Below are positions 11,123-22,617 of a stretch of DNA of 41,892 bases, one piece after another. Every line of letters starts with the position of its first letter. The first letter of the stretch is position 1. Both the position numbers and the translations under genes were made by a program. Under the pieces are notes generated by a model that saw only the letters and a program-made list of their open reading frames with translations, was not told the origin of the DNA and ran no database searches. Origin of the DNA: an uncultured Bifidobacterium sp. (GTDB lineage: Bacteria; Actinomycetota; Actinomycetes; S36-B12; UBA5976); NCBI GenBank assembly GCA_964655115.1, contig CAZZKM010000008.1:1-41892 (forward strand), given 5' to 3'.

Positions 11123-12574
11123 CTAAACAGTCAGTGGTCTTGAGTTTGCTTCAATTGGAGTTGGCAAATTAGTTTCACCTATCAAGAATTTATCAACGTG
11201 AGCAGCAACAGAACGACCTTCAGCAATAGCCCAAACAATTAATGATTGACCTCTTCCAGCATCACCACACACATAAACAGAGTCAACATTTGTTCTAAAA
11301 TTCTCATCTCTTGAAATATTTCCTTTACTATCCAGTTCTAGATTTAATTGATCAATAAAAGGAGCTTTTTCAGGACCAACAAAACCTAAAGCCAGCAAAA
11401 CTAGGTCAGCTGGAATTATTTTTTCAGTTCCTTTTATTGACTCAAATTTTCCATTTTTTACTTCAACCTGAATTAATTCAAGTCCTGAAACTTTTCCATC
11501 CGAGCCAACAAATTTATTTGTGTTGACACTGTAAATTCTTTCTCCACCCTCTTCATGAGCACTACTTACTCGATAAATCATTGGATAAGTTGGCCATGGT
11601 TGAGCATCTGGACGAATCTCTGATGGCATGGGAAGAATTTCTAATTGCGTAACAGATTTTGCACCTTGTCTATGTGCAGTACCTAGACAATCTGCTCCGG
11701 TGTCGCCACCGCCAATGATTACTACATTTTTATCCTTTGCATCTATTGGCGAAACCGCTAACTCACCAAGTGCGACTTTATTAGCAGGTGGTAAATACTC
11801 CATTGCCTGATAAATTCCACTCAATTGTCTTCCTTCAATAGGTAAATCGCGCCAAGAAGTAGCACCAACAGCTAAAACAATTGCGTCATATTTTTTTCTT
11901 AATTCTTTTGCATCAATATCAATACCAATTTCAATGCCAGTTCTAAATTTAATTCCTTCATTAGCTAATTGTTCTAATCTTCGATCAATATGAATTTTTT
12001 CCATTTTAAATTCAGGAATTCCATAACGTAAAAGTCCACCTAATTTGTCTGCTCTTTCATAAATTGCAACCGTGTGACCTGCTCGAGCAAGTTGTTGAGC
12101 AGCTGCAAGTCCCGCTGGACCAGAACCAATTACTGCAACGGTTTTTCCACTTAATCTTGCTGGTGATTGAGGAGTTATTAAACCTTGAGCAAATGCTCTA
12201 TCCGCAATTTCAACTTCGACTTGTTTAATAGTCACTGCATCTTGATTTATCGCTACGACGCAGGCTGCTTCACAAGGTGCTGGGCACAAACGACCAGTAA
12301 ATTCAGGAAAATTATTTGTTGCATGTAAACGTTCTGAAGCTTCTTTCCAATTGTCTTTGTAAACAAGGTCGTTCCACTCTGGAATTAAGTTTCCTAATGG
12401 ACAACCGTTGTGACAAAAAGGAATTCCACAATCCATACATCTTCCAGCTTGTGCGCGAAGCTTGTTTGAATCAAATGGTTCATAAACTTCTCGCCAATCC
12501 ATTAGTCGTAAATCAACTGGTCTGCGTTTAGGGGTCTCTCTTTTTGTATTTATAAATCCCTTTGGATCACCCAC
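11123..12574 (-). CDS. gltD: glutamate synthase small subunit
   Basis: [27 protein letters not shown] Fe-S motifs, [28 protein letters not shown]. Confidence 0.98.
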   Translation of the reverse strand: MGDPKGFINTKRETPKRRPVDLRLMDWREVYEPFDSNKLRAQAGRCMDCGIPFCHNGCPLGNLIPEWNDLVYKDNWKEASERLHATNNFPEFTGRLCPAPCEAACVVAINQDAVTIKQVEVEIADRAFAQGLITPQSPARLSGKTVAVIGSGPAGLAAAQQLARAGHTVAIYERADKLGGLLRYGIPEFKMEKIHIDRRLEQLANEGIKFRTGIEIGIDIDAKELRKKYDAIVLAVGATSWRDLPIEGRQLSGIYQAMEYLPPANKVALGELAVSPIDAKDKNVVIIGGGDTGADCLGTAHRQGAKSVTQLEILPMPSEIRPDAQPWPTYPMIYRVSSAHEEGGERIYSVNTNKFVGSDGKVSGLELIQVEVKNGKFESIKGTEKIIPADLVLLALGFVGPEKAPFIDQLNLELDSKGNISRDENFRTNVDSVYVCGDAGRGQSLIVWAIAEGRSVAAHVDKFLIGETNLPTPIEANSRPLTV

Positions 12575-15500
12575 GACTTGCCTCCATGATTGCTTTTAGT
12601 GGATCAATACCTTCAAGTTCAGCTTTTTGTTTTGCTTGTAGAACTCGTTTGTATTCTTTAGGCATAATCTTGCTGAATTTATTTAATTCACGATTATTCA
12701 ATATTTTCTTAGCTAATTCAGAATCTGTTTCTTCAACATAATTTGTAATAATTTCTGTTAGAAACTTAATGTCGTCCTGATCTAAATCTTCAATTTCTAC
12801 CATTTCCGGATTAATATTTTCTGAATTTGCATTGAACAAATAAGCAATACCACCACTCATGCCTGCAGCAAAATTTCTTCCAGTAGTTCCTAAAACAACA
12901 ACTCGACCACCCGTCATGTATTCACAACCGTGATCTCCTACTCCTTCAACGACCGCAGTAGCACCAGAATTTCGCACACAGAATCTTTCTCCAACCAGTC
13001 CATTAACAAATAAAATTCCTGAAGTTGCGCCATATGCTGCAACATTTCCTGCGATCACATTTTTACTTGCATCAAATTTAGAGTTTCTATTTGGTCGAAC
13101 AATTATTTTTCCGCCAGATAAACCTTTAGCCAAATAATCATTAGAATCTCCCTCTAAACGAAGGGTTATTCCTTTAGGAACAAAAGCACCAAAAGATTGT
13201 CCTGCTGAACCGATAAAAGTTAGATCAATTGTTTCATCAGTTAAACCTTTACCTCCATACCTTCTAGTTACTTCACTTCCTAACATGGTTCCTACAGTTC
13301 GGTTAACATTTCTGATTTCAAATTGCGCTCTAACTAATTCTTGATTTTTTAATGCTGGTTCACAAATTCTTATTAGTTCCTGATCTAGAGCTTTTTCCAA
13401 TCCATGATCTTGATTTTTAGTGTGATGAAGTTCGGTGTTATTAGCATTTACTTGATGCAAAATTGGCTCTAAATTTAAACCAGATGCTTTCCAGTGATCA
13501 ATTGCTTTTTTAGTATCCAAAAGTTCAGAATGACCAATTGCTTCTTCTAATGTTTTAAATCCAAGTTGAGCTAAATACTCTCTTACCTCTTGAGCAATGA
13601 ACTTAAAGAAATTTTCTACAAATTCTGGTTTGCCGTTAAATTTTTCTCTTAAAACAGGGTTTTGTGTTGCAACTCCTACAGGACAGGTATCTAAATGACA
13701 AACCCTCATCATGATGCAACCCATAACTACAAGTGGAGCTGTTGCAAACCCAAATTCTTCTGCACCCAATAAAGCAGCGATTAATACATCTCGACCTGTT
13801 TTTAATTGTCCATCAGTTTGAACAACAATTCGATCTCTTAACCCATTTAATAAAAGAGTTTGTTGAGTTTCTGCTAACCCAATTTCCCAAGGAGCACCAG
13901 CATGTTTAAGTGATGTAAGTGGACTTGCTCCAGTTCCACCATCATGACCTGAAATTAAAACCACATCTGCATGAGCTTTAGCAACTCCAGCTGCGACTGT
14001 GCCCACTCCAACTTCTGCAACTAATTTTACGTGAATTCTTGCTTTGTTATTGGCATTTTTTAAATCGTGAATTAATTGTTTTAAATCTTCAATTGAATAA
14101 ATGTCATGATGTGGAGGTGGTGAAATTAATCCCACACCTGGAGTGGAGTGTCTAGTTTTAGCAACCCATGGATAAACCTTGTGACCTGGAAGTTGTCCAC
14201 CTTCTCCGGGTTTTGCTCCTTGTGCCATTTTAATTTGAATATCGTCTGCGTTTACTAAATATTCACTAGTTACTCCAAATCTTCCACTTGCTACTTGTTT
14301 AATAGCTGATCGTTTCGAGTCACCATTTGGTTCAATAACAAATCTTTCTGGATCTTCGCCACCTTCACCAGTATTTGATTTAGCTCCCAATCGATTCATT
14401 GCAATTGCTAAAGTTTCATGCGCTTCTTGCGAAATGGAACCATATGACATAGCGCCTGTGCTAAATCTTTTTAAAATACTTTCAATTGGTTCAACTTCAT
14501 CTATTGAAATTGGTTTTCTAGAATTATTAATTTCAAATAATCCTCTTAAAGTCATTAATCTCTTTGATTGTTCATTTACTAAATTCGTATAATTCTTAAA
14601 TATTTCATATTGACCAGTTTTTGTTGAATGTTGCAACCTAAAGACAGTTTCTGGATCAAATAAATGAGGTTCTCCTTCTCTTCTCCATTGATATTCACCA
14701 CCAATTGCAAGTTGACGATGTGCTGGTGAAATTCCTGTTGGAGGATAAGCAATTTCGTGTCTTTTAATTACTTCTTGCGCTATCACATCTAACCCAACTC
14801 CACCTAAGCGAGAAACTGTGCCAGTGAAATATTTGTCAACTAATTCTTGTGAAAGTCCTATTGCTTCAAAAATTTGTGCACCACGATATGAAGCAACCGT
14901 TGATACTCCCATTTTGCTCATAACTTTTAGAACACCTTTACCTAAAGCTTTCACAAGATTTCTAACAGCTTTTTCAGGTGTAATGCCAGTTAATTTATTT
15001 TGACGAACCATGTCTTCAACAGTTTCCATAGCAAGATATGGATTCACTGCTGCAGCTCCAAATCCAATTAATAAAGCAACATGATGAACTTCACGAACAT
15101 CGCCAGCTTCAACAATTAATCCCACTTGCATTCTCTGCTTGGTTCGAACTAGATGATGATGTACTGCTGAAAGAAGCAAAAGAGACGGAATTGGTGCTTC
15201 ATCTGCATCAGAATCTCTATCACTTAAAACAAGTAAACGACTACCTTTCTTGATAGCCTCATCGACTTCATTAAATATTTCATGAATCCGTTTTTCTAGG
15301 CCTTTTTCTCCATCTTGAATTTTGAATAATCCCGAAAATTTCTGTGCTGCAAATCCAGGTTTATCGCCATCTCGGTTGATATGAATTAATTTTGCTAATT
15401 CATCGTTATCGATTACTGGAAATGGTAAAACAACTTGTCTGGTATGAGCAGGACTTGCTGAGAGTAAGTTACTTTCTTCTCCAATGGAGGAAGACAAAGA

Positions 15501-17078
15501 TGTAACTATTTCTTCTCTTATTGCATCAAGTGGTGGGTTAGTAACTTGAGCAAATAATTGAGTGAAGTAGTCAAAAATTAGTCTTGGTCTTTTACTTAAC
15601 ACTGCAATTGGGGTATCGGTGCCCATGGAGCCAATTGGTTCTGCACCTGAAATTGCCATTGGAGTTAATAAAATCTTTAATTCTTCTTCTGTGTAACCAA
15701 ACGTTTGTTGTCTTCGCAAAACGGAAGAATGCGTGTGAACAATATGTTCTCTATCAGGTAGTTCTTCTAAATGAACTAATCCTGCATGTAGCCATTCTTG
15801 ATATGGTTCTTTGTTTGCTAACTCATTCTTTATTTCATCATCTTCAATTATTCTTCCTGCAGTGGTATCAACTAGAAACATTTTTCCTGGTTGTAATCTT
15901 CCTTTTCTAATTACTTTTGAAGATTCAATTGGTAACACTCCAGATTCACTTGCAAGAATTACTAACCCATCATCTGTAACCCAAAATCTTCCAGGTCTTA
16001 AACCGTTTCTATCTAATACAGCTCCAATAAGTGTTCCGTCTGTAAAAGTCACGCAAGCTGGTCCATCCCAAGGTTCCATGAATGAAGCATGAAATTCATA
16101 AAATGCTCTTCTTTTTGGATCCATATTGGGATTGTTTTCCCATGCTTCAGGAATCATCATCAAAACTGCGTGCGGTAAAGATCTTCCACCTAAATGAATA
16201 AGTTCTAAAACTTCATCAAATGATGCAGAATCACTTGCGCCATTTGCACAAATTGGGAAAATTCTAGATAAGTCTCCTGGGATCAAATCAGTTTCCAAAA
16301 GATTTTCTCTTGCTTGCATCCAATTTCTATTTCCTTTGACCGTATTGATCTCACCATTGTGAGCAATGAATCGATATGGGTGAGCTAATGGCCAAGATGG
16401 AAAAGTGTTGGTACTAAATCTTGAGTGCACCAATGCAATTTTTGATTCAACTCTTTCGTCAGATAAATCTTTATAAAAAGTTTGCAATTGTCCGGTAGTT
16501 AACATACCTTTATAAACTAAAGTTCTTGATGATAGTGATGAGAAATAAACTTGAGTTTCTTTCTCCGATATTTTTCTAAACGGGTAAATCAATCGATCTA
16601 ATTCAAGATTAGATTTATTTTCTAACCTTGATTTGACAAAAATCATTTCAAAAACTGGCATAACACTTTTTGCTGTTTTACCTAATGTTGATGAATCCGT
16701 GGGAACCTGTCTCCAGCCTAAAATTTCAATGTTTTCAGCTAAAGCAATCTCTTGAATTTTATTCTTTGAAGTTAAATATAAATCTTTGTCTTGTGGCAGG
16801 AATACAATTCCAACCCCATATTCACCCTGTGACGGTAATTCGAAATCTACAACTGAACGAAGAAATTTATCTGGAATTTGAATTAAAATTCCAGCACCGT
16901 CTCCCGAATCTGGTTCGCTACCACTTGCACCACGATGATCTAAATTCCTTAATGCTTCTAAACCTTTTTCAACAATGTCGTGATTTGCGATTTTATTTAA
17001 AGTTGCAACTAATGCCACACCGCATGCATCGTGTTCAAAGGCTGGGTCATAAAGACCTTGATTTAATGATTGAGGCAC
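12567..17078 (-). CDS. gltB: glutamate synthase large subunit
   Basis: EHDACGV (N-terminal nucleophile Cys), [48 protein letters not shown]; GTG start. Confidence 0.99.
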   Translation of the reverse strand: MPQSLNQGLYDPAFEHDACGVALVATLNKIANHDIVEKGLEALRNLDHRGASGSEPDSGDGAGILIQIPDKFLRSVVDFELPSQGEYGVGIVFLPQDKDLYLTSKNKIQEIALAENIEILGWRQVPTDSSTLGKTAKSVMPVFEMIFVKSRLENKSNLELDRLIYPFRKISEKETQVYFSSLSSRTLVYKGMLTTGQLQTFYKDLSDERVESKIALVHSRFSTNTFPSWPLAHPYRFIAHNGEINTVKGNRNWMQARENLLETDLIPGDLSRIFPICANGASDSASFDEVLELIHLGGRSLPHAVLMMIPEAWENNPNMDPKRRAFYEFHASFMEPWDGPACVTFTDGTLIGAVLDRNGLRPGRFWVTDDGLVILASESGVLPIESSKVIRKGRLQPGKMFLVDTTAGRIIEDDEIKNELANKEPYQEWLHAGLVHLEELPDREHIVHTHSSVLRRQQTFGYTEEELKILLTPMAISGAEPIGSMGTDTPIAVLSKRPRLIFDYFTQLFAQVTNPPLDAIREEIVTSLSSSIGEESNLLSASPAHTRQVVLPFPVIDNDELAKLIHINRDGDKPGFAAQKFSGLFKIQDGEKGLEKRIHEIFNEVDEAIKKGSRLLVLSDRDSDADEAPIPSLLLLSAVHHHLVRTKQRMQVGLIVEAGDVREVHHVALLIGFGAAAVNPYLAMETVEDMVRQNKLTGITPEKAVRNLVKALGKGVLKVMSKMGVSTVASYRGAQIFEAIGLSQELVDKYFTGTVSRLGGVGLDVIAQEVIKRHEIAYPPTGISPAHRQLAIGGEYQWRREGEPHLFDPETVFRLQHSTKTGQYEIFKNYTNLVNEQSKRLMTLRGLFEINNSRKPISIDEVEPIESILKRFSTGAMSYGSISQEAHETLAIAMNRLGAKSNTGEGGEDPERFVIEPNGDSKRSAIKQVASGRFGVTSEYLVNADDIQIKMAQGAKPGEGGQLPGHKVYPWVAKTRHSTPGVGLISPPPHHDIYSIEDLKQLIHDLKNANNKARIHVKLVAEVGVGTVAAGVAKAHADVVLISGHDGGTGASPLTSLKHAGAPWEIGLAETQQTLLLNGLRDRIVVQTDGQLKTGRDVLIAALLGAEEFGFATAPLVVMGCIMMRVCHLDTCPVGVATQNPVLREKFNGKPEFVENFFKFIAQEVREYLAQLGFKTLEEAIGHSELLDTKKAIDHWKASGLNLEPILHQVNANNTELHHTKNQDHGLEKALDQELIRICEPALKNQELVRAQFEIRNVNRTVGTMLGSEVTRRYGGKGLTDETIDLTFIGSAGQSFGAFVPKGITLRLEGDSNDYLAKGLSGGKIIVRPNRNSKFDASKNVIAGNVAAYGATSGILFVNGLVGERFCVRNSGATAVVEGVGDHGCEYMTGGRVVVLGTTGRNFAAGMSGGIAYLFNANSENINPEMVEIEDLDQDDIKFLTEIITNYVEETDSELAKKILNNRELNKFSKIMPKEYKRVLQAKQKAELEGIDPLKAIMEASRG

Positions 17079-17086
17079 TCTTTTGT

Positions 17087-17126
17087 TCGTCCTTTGAAAT
17101 ATTTTTCAGTGGGACGACTTTGGCCC
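17087..17126 (-). promoter_or_regulatory. candidate structured 5' leader of gltB sequestering the ribosome-binding site
   Basis: Minus strand GGGCCAAAG-TCGTCC-CAC-TGAAA-AATA-TTTCA-AA-GGACGA; TCGTCC/GGACGA and TGAAA/TTTCA stems cover AAAGGA; candidate -10 TAGTAT at 17138-17143. Confidence 0.5.
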
Positions 17127-17157
17127 GATATAGATAAATACTATCTTAAAGATTAAT

Positions 17158-17883
17158 TTACAAAACTGAACCTATGGAATTTCCTAAAATCCATGTGATG
17201 GCTGCCGCTCCACTTCCTATGAGTAATTGCCTGGTTCCTGAGTACCACCAAGTGCGTGTGGTCACCACGGAAACAACCGCTCCCGTTATAAAAAGTCCAG
17301 CAAGTGACACGATCAAAGAGTATGTCAAATTATTAAAACCAAGCATGTATGGAAGAAGTGGAACCATCGCACCTAGACCAAAAGAAATAAAAGATGAGAT
17401 CGCAGCTAATTTAGCTGATGGTAAATCTTTGGTAGAAACTCCAAACTCCTCAAGAGAATGAGCATCAATAAATTCATTTTCATTTTTACTTAATTCTTGG
17501 GCAAATTTAAAAGCAACTTCGTGACTTACTCCTCTTGAAACATAAACTTGAGCCAACTCCTCAATCTCACGATTTAAATCTTCGTTAATCTCTTTTCTTT
17601 CTAATTCAATTTCTGCCATAGCAAGTTCTGCTTGGCTTGCCACCGATGTGTATTCACCTGCTGCCATTGAGAATGCTCCAGCAAGTAATCCTGCAAAACC
17701 TGCTAGAACAATTGCTTTTGTATTTTCAACACCTGCAGCTTGTGTTCCTCCAGCCACGCCGATCATTAAAGCAAAGTTTGAAACTAAGCCATCCATAGCT
17801 CCAAAAACAGCTGGACGAAGCCAACCACCACTTACATTTCGATGTAAATTTTCAACATTTAGTTTCCTTTGCCCAGATGGCAT
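17158..17883 (-). CDS. VIT1/CCC1 family transporter (Fe/Mn)
   Basis: LRPAVFGAMDGLVS, AGAFSMAAGEYTS, Glu-rich cytoplasmic loop, five hydrophobic segments. Confidence 0.92.
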   Translation of the reverse strand: MPSGQRKLNVENLHRNVSGGWLRPAVFGAMDGLVSNFALMIGVAGGTQAAGVENTKAIVLAGFAGLLAGAFSMAAGEYTSVASQAELAMAEIELERKEINEDLNREIEELAQVYVSRGVSHEVAFKFAQELSKNENEFIDAHSLEEFGVSTKDLPSAKLAAISSFISFGLGAMVPLLPYMLGFNNLTYSLIVSLAGLFITGAVVSVVTTRTWWYSGTRQLLIGSGAAAITWILGNSIGSVL

Positions 17884-17886
17884 TTA

Positions 17887-18711
17887 CTATCCCCTAAATA
17901 TTTTTTGATCTCTTCCAGGTTTAAGCCTGTTAGAAATTATGAAGTAAACAATTCCTCCAACTATAACAACTAAACTAGTCCAGATATTAAATCTCAACCC
18001 AAAAAGTATGCGCGATTCATCGATTCTAAAAGTTTCGATAATTAAACGACCTAAACTGTATAAAGAAACATAAAGTGCGAAGACTCTACCGTGGCCTAAC
18101 TTGTAAATTTTATCAATATATATCAGAGCAAATCCAATAAGCACACTCCAAATTAATTCATACAAAAATGTTGGGTGAAATGTAGAAAACATTTCAAAAC
18201 CTTGTGGTCTATTTTTTTCAGATATTTCTAGTCCCCAAAAAAATTCAGTTGGTTTTCCAAATAATTCCTGATTGAAATAATTTCCAATGCGCCCTATTGC
18301 TTGAGCAAAAATTATTCCTGGAGCAATTGCATCGGCAAATGGTGGGAGATTTATTTTGTAAATTCGACATCCAATCCATGCTCCAAGACCTCCAAAAAAA
18401 ATGGCTCCCCATATTCCTAATCCGCCGTTCCAAATTTTTAATGCATCAACTGGATTTCTACCTTCACCGAAATACTTTTCAAAATCAGTTGCTACGTGAT
18501 AAATGCGGCCACCAATGATTCCAAAAGGTACTGCATAAAGTGCTACATCACTTACTTGTCCAACTTTTCCACCGCGAGCTATCCATCTTTTATTTCCTAA
18601 CCAGATAGCTAAAAAAATTCCGATAATAATAAATAACGAATAAGCCCTTAAAGGTAATGGCCCAAGATAAATAACTCCAGTGCTTGGACTTGGAATACTT
18701 AAAGAAATCAA
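17887..18711 (-). CDS. lgt: prolipoprotein diacylglyceryl transferase
   Basis: IPSP....LGPLPLRAY, GGRIYHV, IWNGGLGIWG, QAIGRIGNYFNQELFG, HPTFLYE; TTG start. Confidence 0.96.
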   Translation of the reverse strand: MISLSIPSPSTGVIYLGPLPLRAYSLFIIIGIFLAIWLGNKRWIARGGKVGQVSDVALYAVPFGIIGGRIYHVATDFEKYFGEGRNPVDALKIWNGGLGIWGAIFFGGLGAWIGCRIYKINLPPFADAIAPGIIFAQAIGRIGNYFNQELFGKPTEFFWGLEISEKNRPQGFEMFSTFHPTFLYELIWSVLIGFALIYIDKIYKLGHGRVFALYVSLYSLGRLIIETFRIDESRILFGLRFNIWTSLVVIVGGIVYFIISNRLKPGRDQKIFRG

Positions 18712-18714
18712 ATT

Positions 18715-19509
18715 CTATTTCTTTGCGGCTGCGACAGCTTCAGCAAATCCAGCAGGATCATAAATAGCTTTAGCGTCCAAGGCTTTGTCATTCAAGAAAA
18801 TTGATGGTGTTCCTTGCACTCCTCTATCTTTTGCATGAAGTTCAGAGTTTTGTGCCCAAGCTTTATATTTGTTACTTGTATAACAAGTTTCAAACTCTGT
18901 AAATGCCTCGTTTTCAATTCCAACTTTCTTTGCTAAATCCAAAAGTTGTTGATCTGAATACCCATCACCTTCACGTGCAGGTTGCATCGCAAATATTCCA
19001 GAGTGAAATTCAATTGTTTTACCTGCATCAACTGCACAACCCCAAGCCATAGTTGCTCTCAAAGAAGAAAGTTTTGATTCAGGAAAATTTCTATCAAGAA
19101 AAATCATTGGATGAAGAGTTAAATTGATTTCACCTTTTTCAGCAGATGCAAAAACGTTTTTAGCATTTGTTATTTCAAATTGTCCACATGCTGGACATTG
19201 AAAATCTTCATATAATTCTGCTCTTGGAGCACTTGGATCTTGTTTTCCAACGGGTACTCCATAACCTTCACTTGCACTAACTCCTTTAGGTAGTGCAGCG
19301 CTTGTGTCATATTCAGTTATTGCTTCTGGCACCACAATATCTGTTTGAGATTGATTCTTAGCATAAAAACCAACACCAATAATTCCTACAACAAATGCCG
19401 CAACAACTAAACCGCCAATAATTTGAATAGTTTTTGCTTTCTTAGCGTCTGAGCCTGCGTTAGCTCTTACTTGTGCAGCTTTATTTTTGATGTCATCTGG
19501 GTTGGCCAT
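18715..19509 (-). CDS. dsbA: membrane-anchored DsbA family thiol-disulfide oxidoreductase
   Basis: N-terminal TM helix, YEDFQCPAC active site, second Cys pair (WGCA/ETCY), GVQGTPS cis-Pro loop; SD GGAGA. Confidence 0.85.
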   Translation of the reverse strand: MANPDDIKNKAAQVRANAGSDAKKAKTIQIIGGLVVAAFVVGIIGVGFYAKNQSQTDIVVPEAITEYDTSAALPKGVSASEGYGVPVGKQDPSAPRAELYEDFQCPACGQFEITNAKNVFASAEKGEINLTLHPMIFLDRNFPESKLSSLRATMAWGCAVDAGKTIEFHSGIFAMQPAREGDGYSDQQLLDLAKKVGIENEAFTEFETCYTSNKYKAWAQNSELHAKDRGVQGTPSIFLNDKALDAKAIYDPAGFAEAVAAAKK

Positions 19510-19570
19510 TTATTTTCTCCAAGTTTTTCTTTTCAATCTAGTAAATCAATATATTCTTTGCATCTTTTGG

Positions 19571-20368
19571 TTAGTTTCTATGCATGGATCTGGCCAAATC
19601 TTTTGACAATTGACCAACCGCCCCTATCGATTTTGATAGATCTTTCGTTTGCAAGATCAACTTTATAAAAGCACTGCCTACAATTACTCCGTCTGCAAAT
19701 TTTGCGACTTCTTTTGCCTGTTCTGGAGTTGAAACTCCTAAACCAACGGCAACTGGAAGATCGGTTACTTCTCTAACTCTATTTACCAGTGTTTTCGCAC
19801 TTTGAGAAATTTCATTTCTGGTTCCTGTAACCCCCATCAAACTTGCGGCATAAACAAACCCCGTGACCTTAGAAGTCACAAGTTTTAATCTTTCTTCACT
19901 TGTGGATGGAGCTACCACAAATACTCGATCGATATTTTGTTGATTGGTTTCTTCAATCCATTCAGATGATTCATCAGGAGGTAAATCAGGGGTAATTACT
20001 CCATTTCCACCAGAATTTTTAAATTGTTGTACATATTTTTTTATCCCCCACTTTTCTATAGGAGACCAATAAGACATGGTAAGAACCGGTTTTTTATTTT
20101 CAGCAACTTTATTTACAACATGCAAAACTTCTTTTATTCCAGTTTTATGACTCAAAGCAATATCAACAGCTTCTTGAATTACAGGTCCATCCATTAATGG
20201 ATCACTGTAAGGAACACCTACTTCGATAACATCCACACCATTTTTAAACATCTCATTAATAATTTGGATTGATCCTTCAATACTTGGAAATCCTGCAGGT
20301 AAGTAGGCAATTAAAACTGCCCTGTTTTCACTTTTAGCTTTTGTAAAAGTTTCTTTTAAACTAGTCAT
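19571..20368 (-). CDS. trpA: tryptophan synthase alpha chain
   Basis: YLPAGFP, EVGVPYSDPLMDGPVIQ, GVTGTR, VGLGV, DGVIVGSA; ATG at 20368 (TAATG overlap with trpB). Confidence 0.97.
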   Translation of the reverse strand: MTSLKETFTKAKSENRAVLIAYLPAGFPSIEGSIQIINEMFKNGVDVIEVGVPYSDPLMDGPVIQEAVDIALSHKTGIKEVLHVVNKVAENKKPVLTMSYWSPIEKWGIKKYVQQFKNSGGNGVITPDLPPDESSEWIEETNQQNIDRVFVVAPSTSEERLKLVTSKVTGFVYAASLMGVTGTRNEISQSAKTLVNRVREVTDLPVAVGLGVSTPEQAKEVAKFADGVIVGSAFIKLILQTKDLSKSIGAVGQLSKDLARSMHRN

Positions 20369-21579
20369 TAATTGATTTTGAACCACTTTGCAGCGGTTTC
20401 GACATCTTTATCGCCGCGTCCACTGCAATTAACAATAATGACGGCGTCTTCACCCAATTCTTTTCCAAGTTTCATAGTTCCAGCAATTGCATGAGCAGTC
20501 TCAATGGCAGGAATAATTCCCTCTGTTTTAGATAAAATTTCGAAAGCTTGCATGGCTTCTGTGTCGGTAATTGGGTGGTAATTTGCTCTTTTTGTTTCTT
20601 TCAACCAAGCATGTTCTGGTCCAACACCTGGATAATCTAAACCTGCAGAAATCGAATGACTTGCCAAAGTTTGACCATTTTCATCTTGCAATACATATGA
20701 TCTTGTTCCATGTAAAATTCCAATTGTTCCACCAGACAAAGTTGCTGCATGTCTTCCAGTTTCAATTCCATCTCCTGCAGCTTCATATCCATGCAGTTGA
20801 ACTTGTGAATCCAAAATGAATGGATGAAAAATTCCAATTGCATTCGAGCCACCGCCTACACATGCAGTAACTGCTGTTGGGAGTTTGCCAGTTCTATCTA
20901 ATATTTGTTGCCTTGCTTCAACGCCAATAATGCTATGAAAATTTCTACCAATTGTTGGAAAAGGATGTGGACCTGCAACTGTGCCTAATAAGTAGTGTGT
21001 TGATTCGACATTTGTAACCCAGTCTCGCATTGCTTCATTGATTGCATCTTTTAAAGTTTTAGTTCCTGTTTTAACAGGATTTACTTTTGCTCCCAGTAGT
21101 TTCATTCGGGCAACATTTAAAGCTTGTCTAATTGTGTCTTCTTCACCCATATAAATTTCGCATTCAAGTCCGAGTAATGCTGCAGCAGTTGCCGTTGCTA
21201 CTCCGTGCTGACCTGCACCAGTTTCAGCGATAATTCTTTTCTTGCCCATTCTTTTTGTTAGAAGTGCTTGCCCAATGACATTGTTTATTTTGTGAGAACC
21301 GGTGTGATTTAAATCTTCTCTTTTAAGAAATATTCGAGCATTTCCTGCATACTTGGAAAAATTCATTGCTTCTGTTAATGGACTTGGTCTACCAACATAA
21401 TTTTTCATTAAATCCATAAATTCATTGTTGAACTTAGGATCTGCAACTGCTTTTTCGTATTCTGTTTCTAATTGATCTAATGCCGTAATTAATGCTTCAG
21501 GAACAAAACGACCGCCAAATTGACCAAAATGGCCAGTCTCGTTGTCGATTTTTTTTAAGTCGTTTAAAAAAGTTGTCAT
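20368..21579 (-). CDS. trpB: tryptophan synthase beta chain
   Basis: [15 protein letters not shown] (PLP Lys), [37 protein letters not shown]. Confidence 0.99.
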   Translation of the reverse strand: MTTFLNDLKKIDNETGHFGQFGGRFVPEALITALDQLETEYEKAVADPKFNNEFMDLMKNYVGRPSPLTEAMNFSKYAGNARIFLKREDLNHTGSHKINNVIGQALLTKRMGKKRIIAETGAGQHGVATATAAALLGLECEIYMGEEDTIRQALNVARMKLLGAKVNPVKTGTKTLKDAINEAMRDWVTNVESTHYLLGTVAGPHPFPTIGRNFHSIIGVEARQQILDRTGKLPTAVTACVGGGSNAIGIFHPFILDSQVQLHGYEAAGDGIETGRHAATLSGGTIGILHGTRSYVLQDENGQTLASHSISAGLDYPGVGPEHAWLKETKRANYHPITDTEAMQAFEILSKTEGIIPAIETAHAIAGTMKLGKELGEDAVIIVNCSGRGDKDVETAAKWFKIN

Positions 21580-21582
21580 AAA

Positions 21583-22392
21583 TTACCGTCCATGATTGGT
21601 AGCAGGATGAGCTCCTGCTGTAACTAGATCATGAACTGCATTTCTTGGATCTTTATTCAAAACTAAGCTTTCTCCCACTAATACAGCGTGTGCGCCAGCA
21701 TTTGCATAGGTAATTAAATCGTGTTTATCTCTTACTCCAGATTCTGCAACTAAAACACAACCTTTAGGCACTTTGGGAGCAAGTCTTAAAAACGTATCTC
21801 TATCTACTTCTAAAGTTTTCAAGTTTCTAGCATTTACCCCTATTAATTTTGCTCCAGCGTCAACTGCTCTTATTAATTCTTCTTCAGTGTGAACTTCAAT
21901 TAACGGAGTAATACCGATTGTGTGAGATCTTTCAATTAAGGAAACTAGAGCTTCTTGTTCAAGAGCTGCAACTATCAATAATGCAAGATCTGCTCCATGT
22001 GCTCGAGCTTCCCATAATTGATAACTAGAAAAAATAAAATCTTTTCTTAATACTGGAATTTCAACTGCTTTTCTTACAGCAATTAAATCTTCTAGGGAAC
22101 CTTTGAAGCGTCTTTCTTCAGTTAAAACACTTATGCAACTTGCTCCACCTAATTCATACTCTTTAGCTAATAATGCGGGATTTGAAATTTCTGACAAATC
22201 ACCTTTACTTGGAGATGATCTTTTCACTTCAGCTATTACTGCAACTCCAGCTTGTTCAAAAATTGGATAAGGATCGATTGCTTTTGATTTTTTACTTACA
22301 ATTTCTTTCAAAGTTTCAAGAGAAGTTTTTTCTTGACGTCTAATTAAGTCTTCTTTAACCCCAATAAGGATTTCATCTAAGACATTTGACAT
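21583..22392 (-). CDS. trpC: indole-3-glycerol phosphate synthase
   Basis: [43 protein letters not shown]. Confidence 0.97.
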   Translation of the reverse strand: MSNVLDEILIGVKEDLIRRQEKTSLETLKEIVSKKSKAIDPYPIFEQAGVAVIAEVKRSSPSKGDLSEISNPALLAKEYELGGASCISVLTEERRFKGSLEDLIAVRKAVEIPVLRKDFIFSSYQLWEARAHGADLALLIVAALEQEALVSLIERSHTIGITPLIEVHTEEELIRAVDAGAKLIGVNARNLKTLEVDRDTFLRLAPKVPKGCVLVAESGVRDKHDLITYANAGAHAVLVGESLVLNKDPRNAVHDLVTAGAHPATNHGR

Positions 22393-22397
22393 AAAAA

Positions 22398-22592
22398 TTA
22401 ATTTCGACTCTTTGTTCTAACTTTTTCCCAAACAATCCATAAAATTGTGCTAAATACAGCTAGAGCAATACCTTGCCAAAACATCATCCAATTATTTTGA
22501 GTCAATGCAAAAGTAGAGATGATTGAGGCAGCAATCAATAGAAATGTTCCAGTCCAAGCTGCTGGTGTTTGTCCATGGTTATCTTTTGACAC
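22398..22592 (-). CDS. HGxxPAAW family small membrane protein (actinobacterial trp-cluster associated)
   Basis: HGQTPAAW motif then two TM helices; AGGAG SD before GTG; position between trpE and trpC. Confidence 0.88.
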   Translation of the reverse strand: MSKDNHGQTPAAWTGTFLLIAASIISTFALTQNNWMMFWQGIALAVFSTILWIVWEKVRTKSRN

Positions 22593-22617
22593 TTTTAAGC
22601 TCCTAACTTTTCTAATT

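Noticed and set aside
19510-19570. Tiny ORF MQRIY in the trpA-dsbA spacer
   Set aside because: No SD, no coupling to the next start, no informative codons
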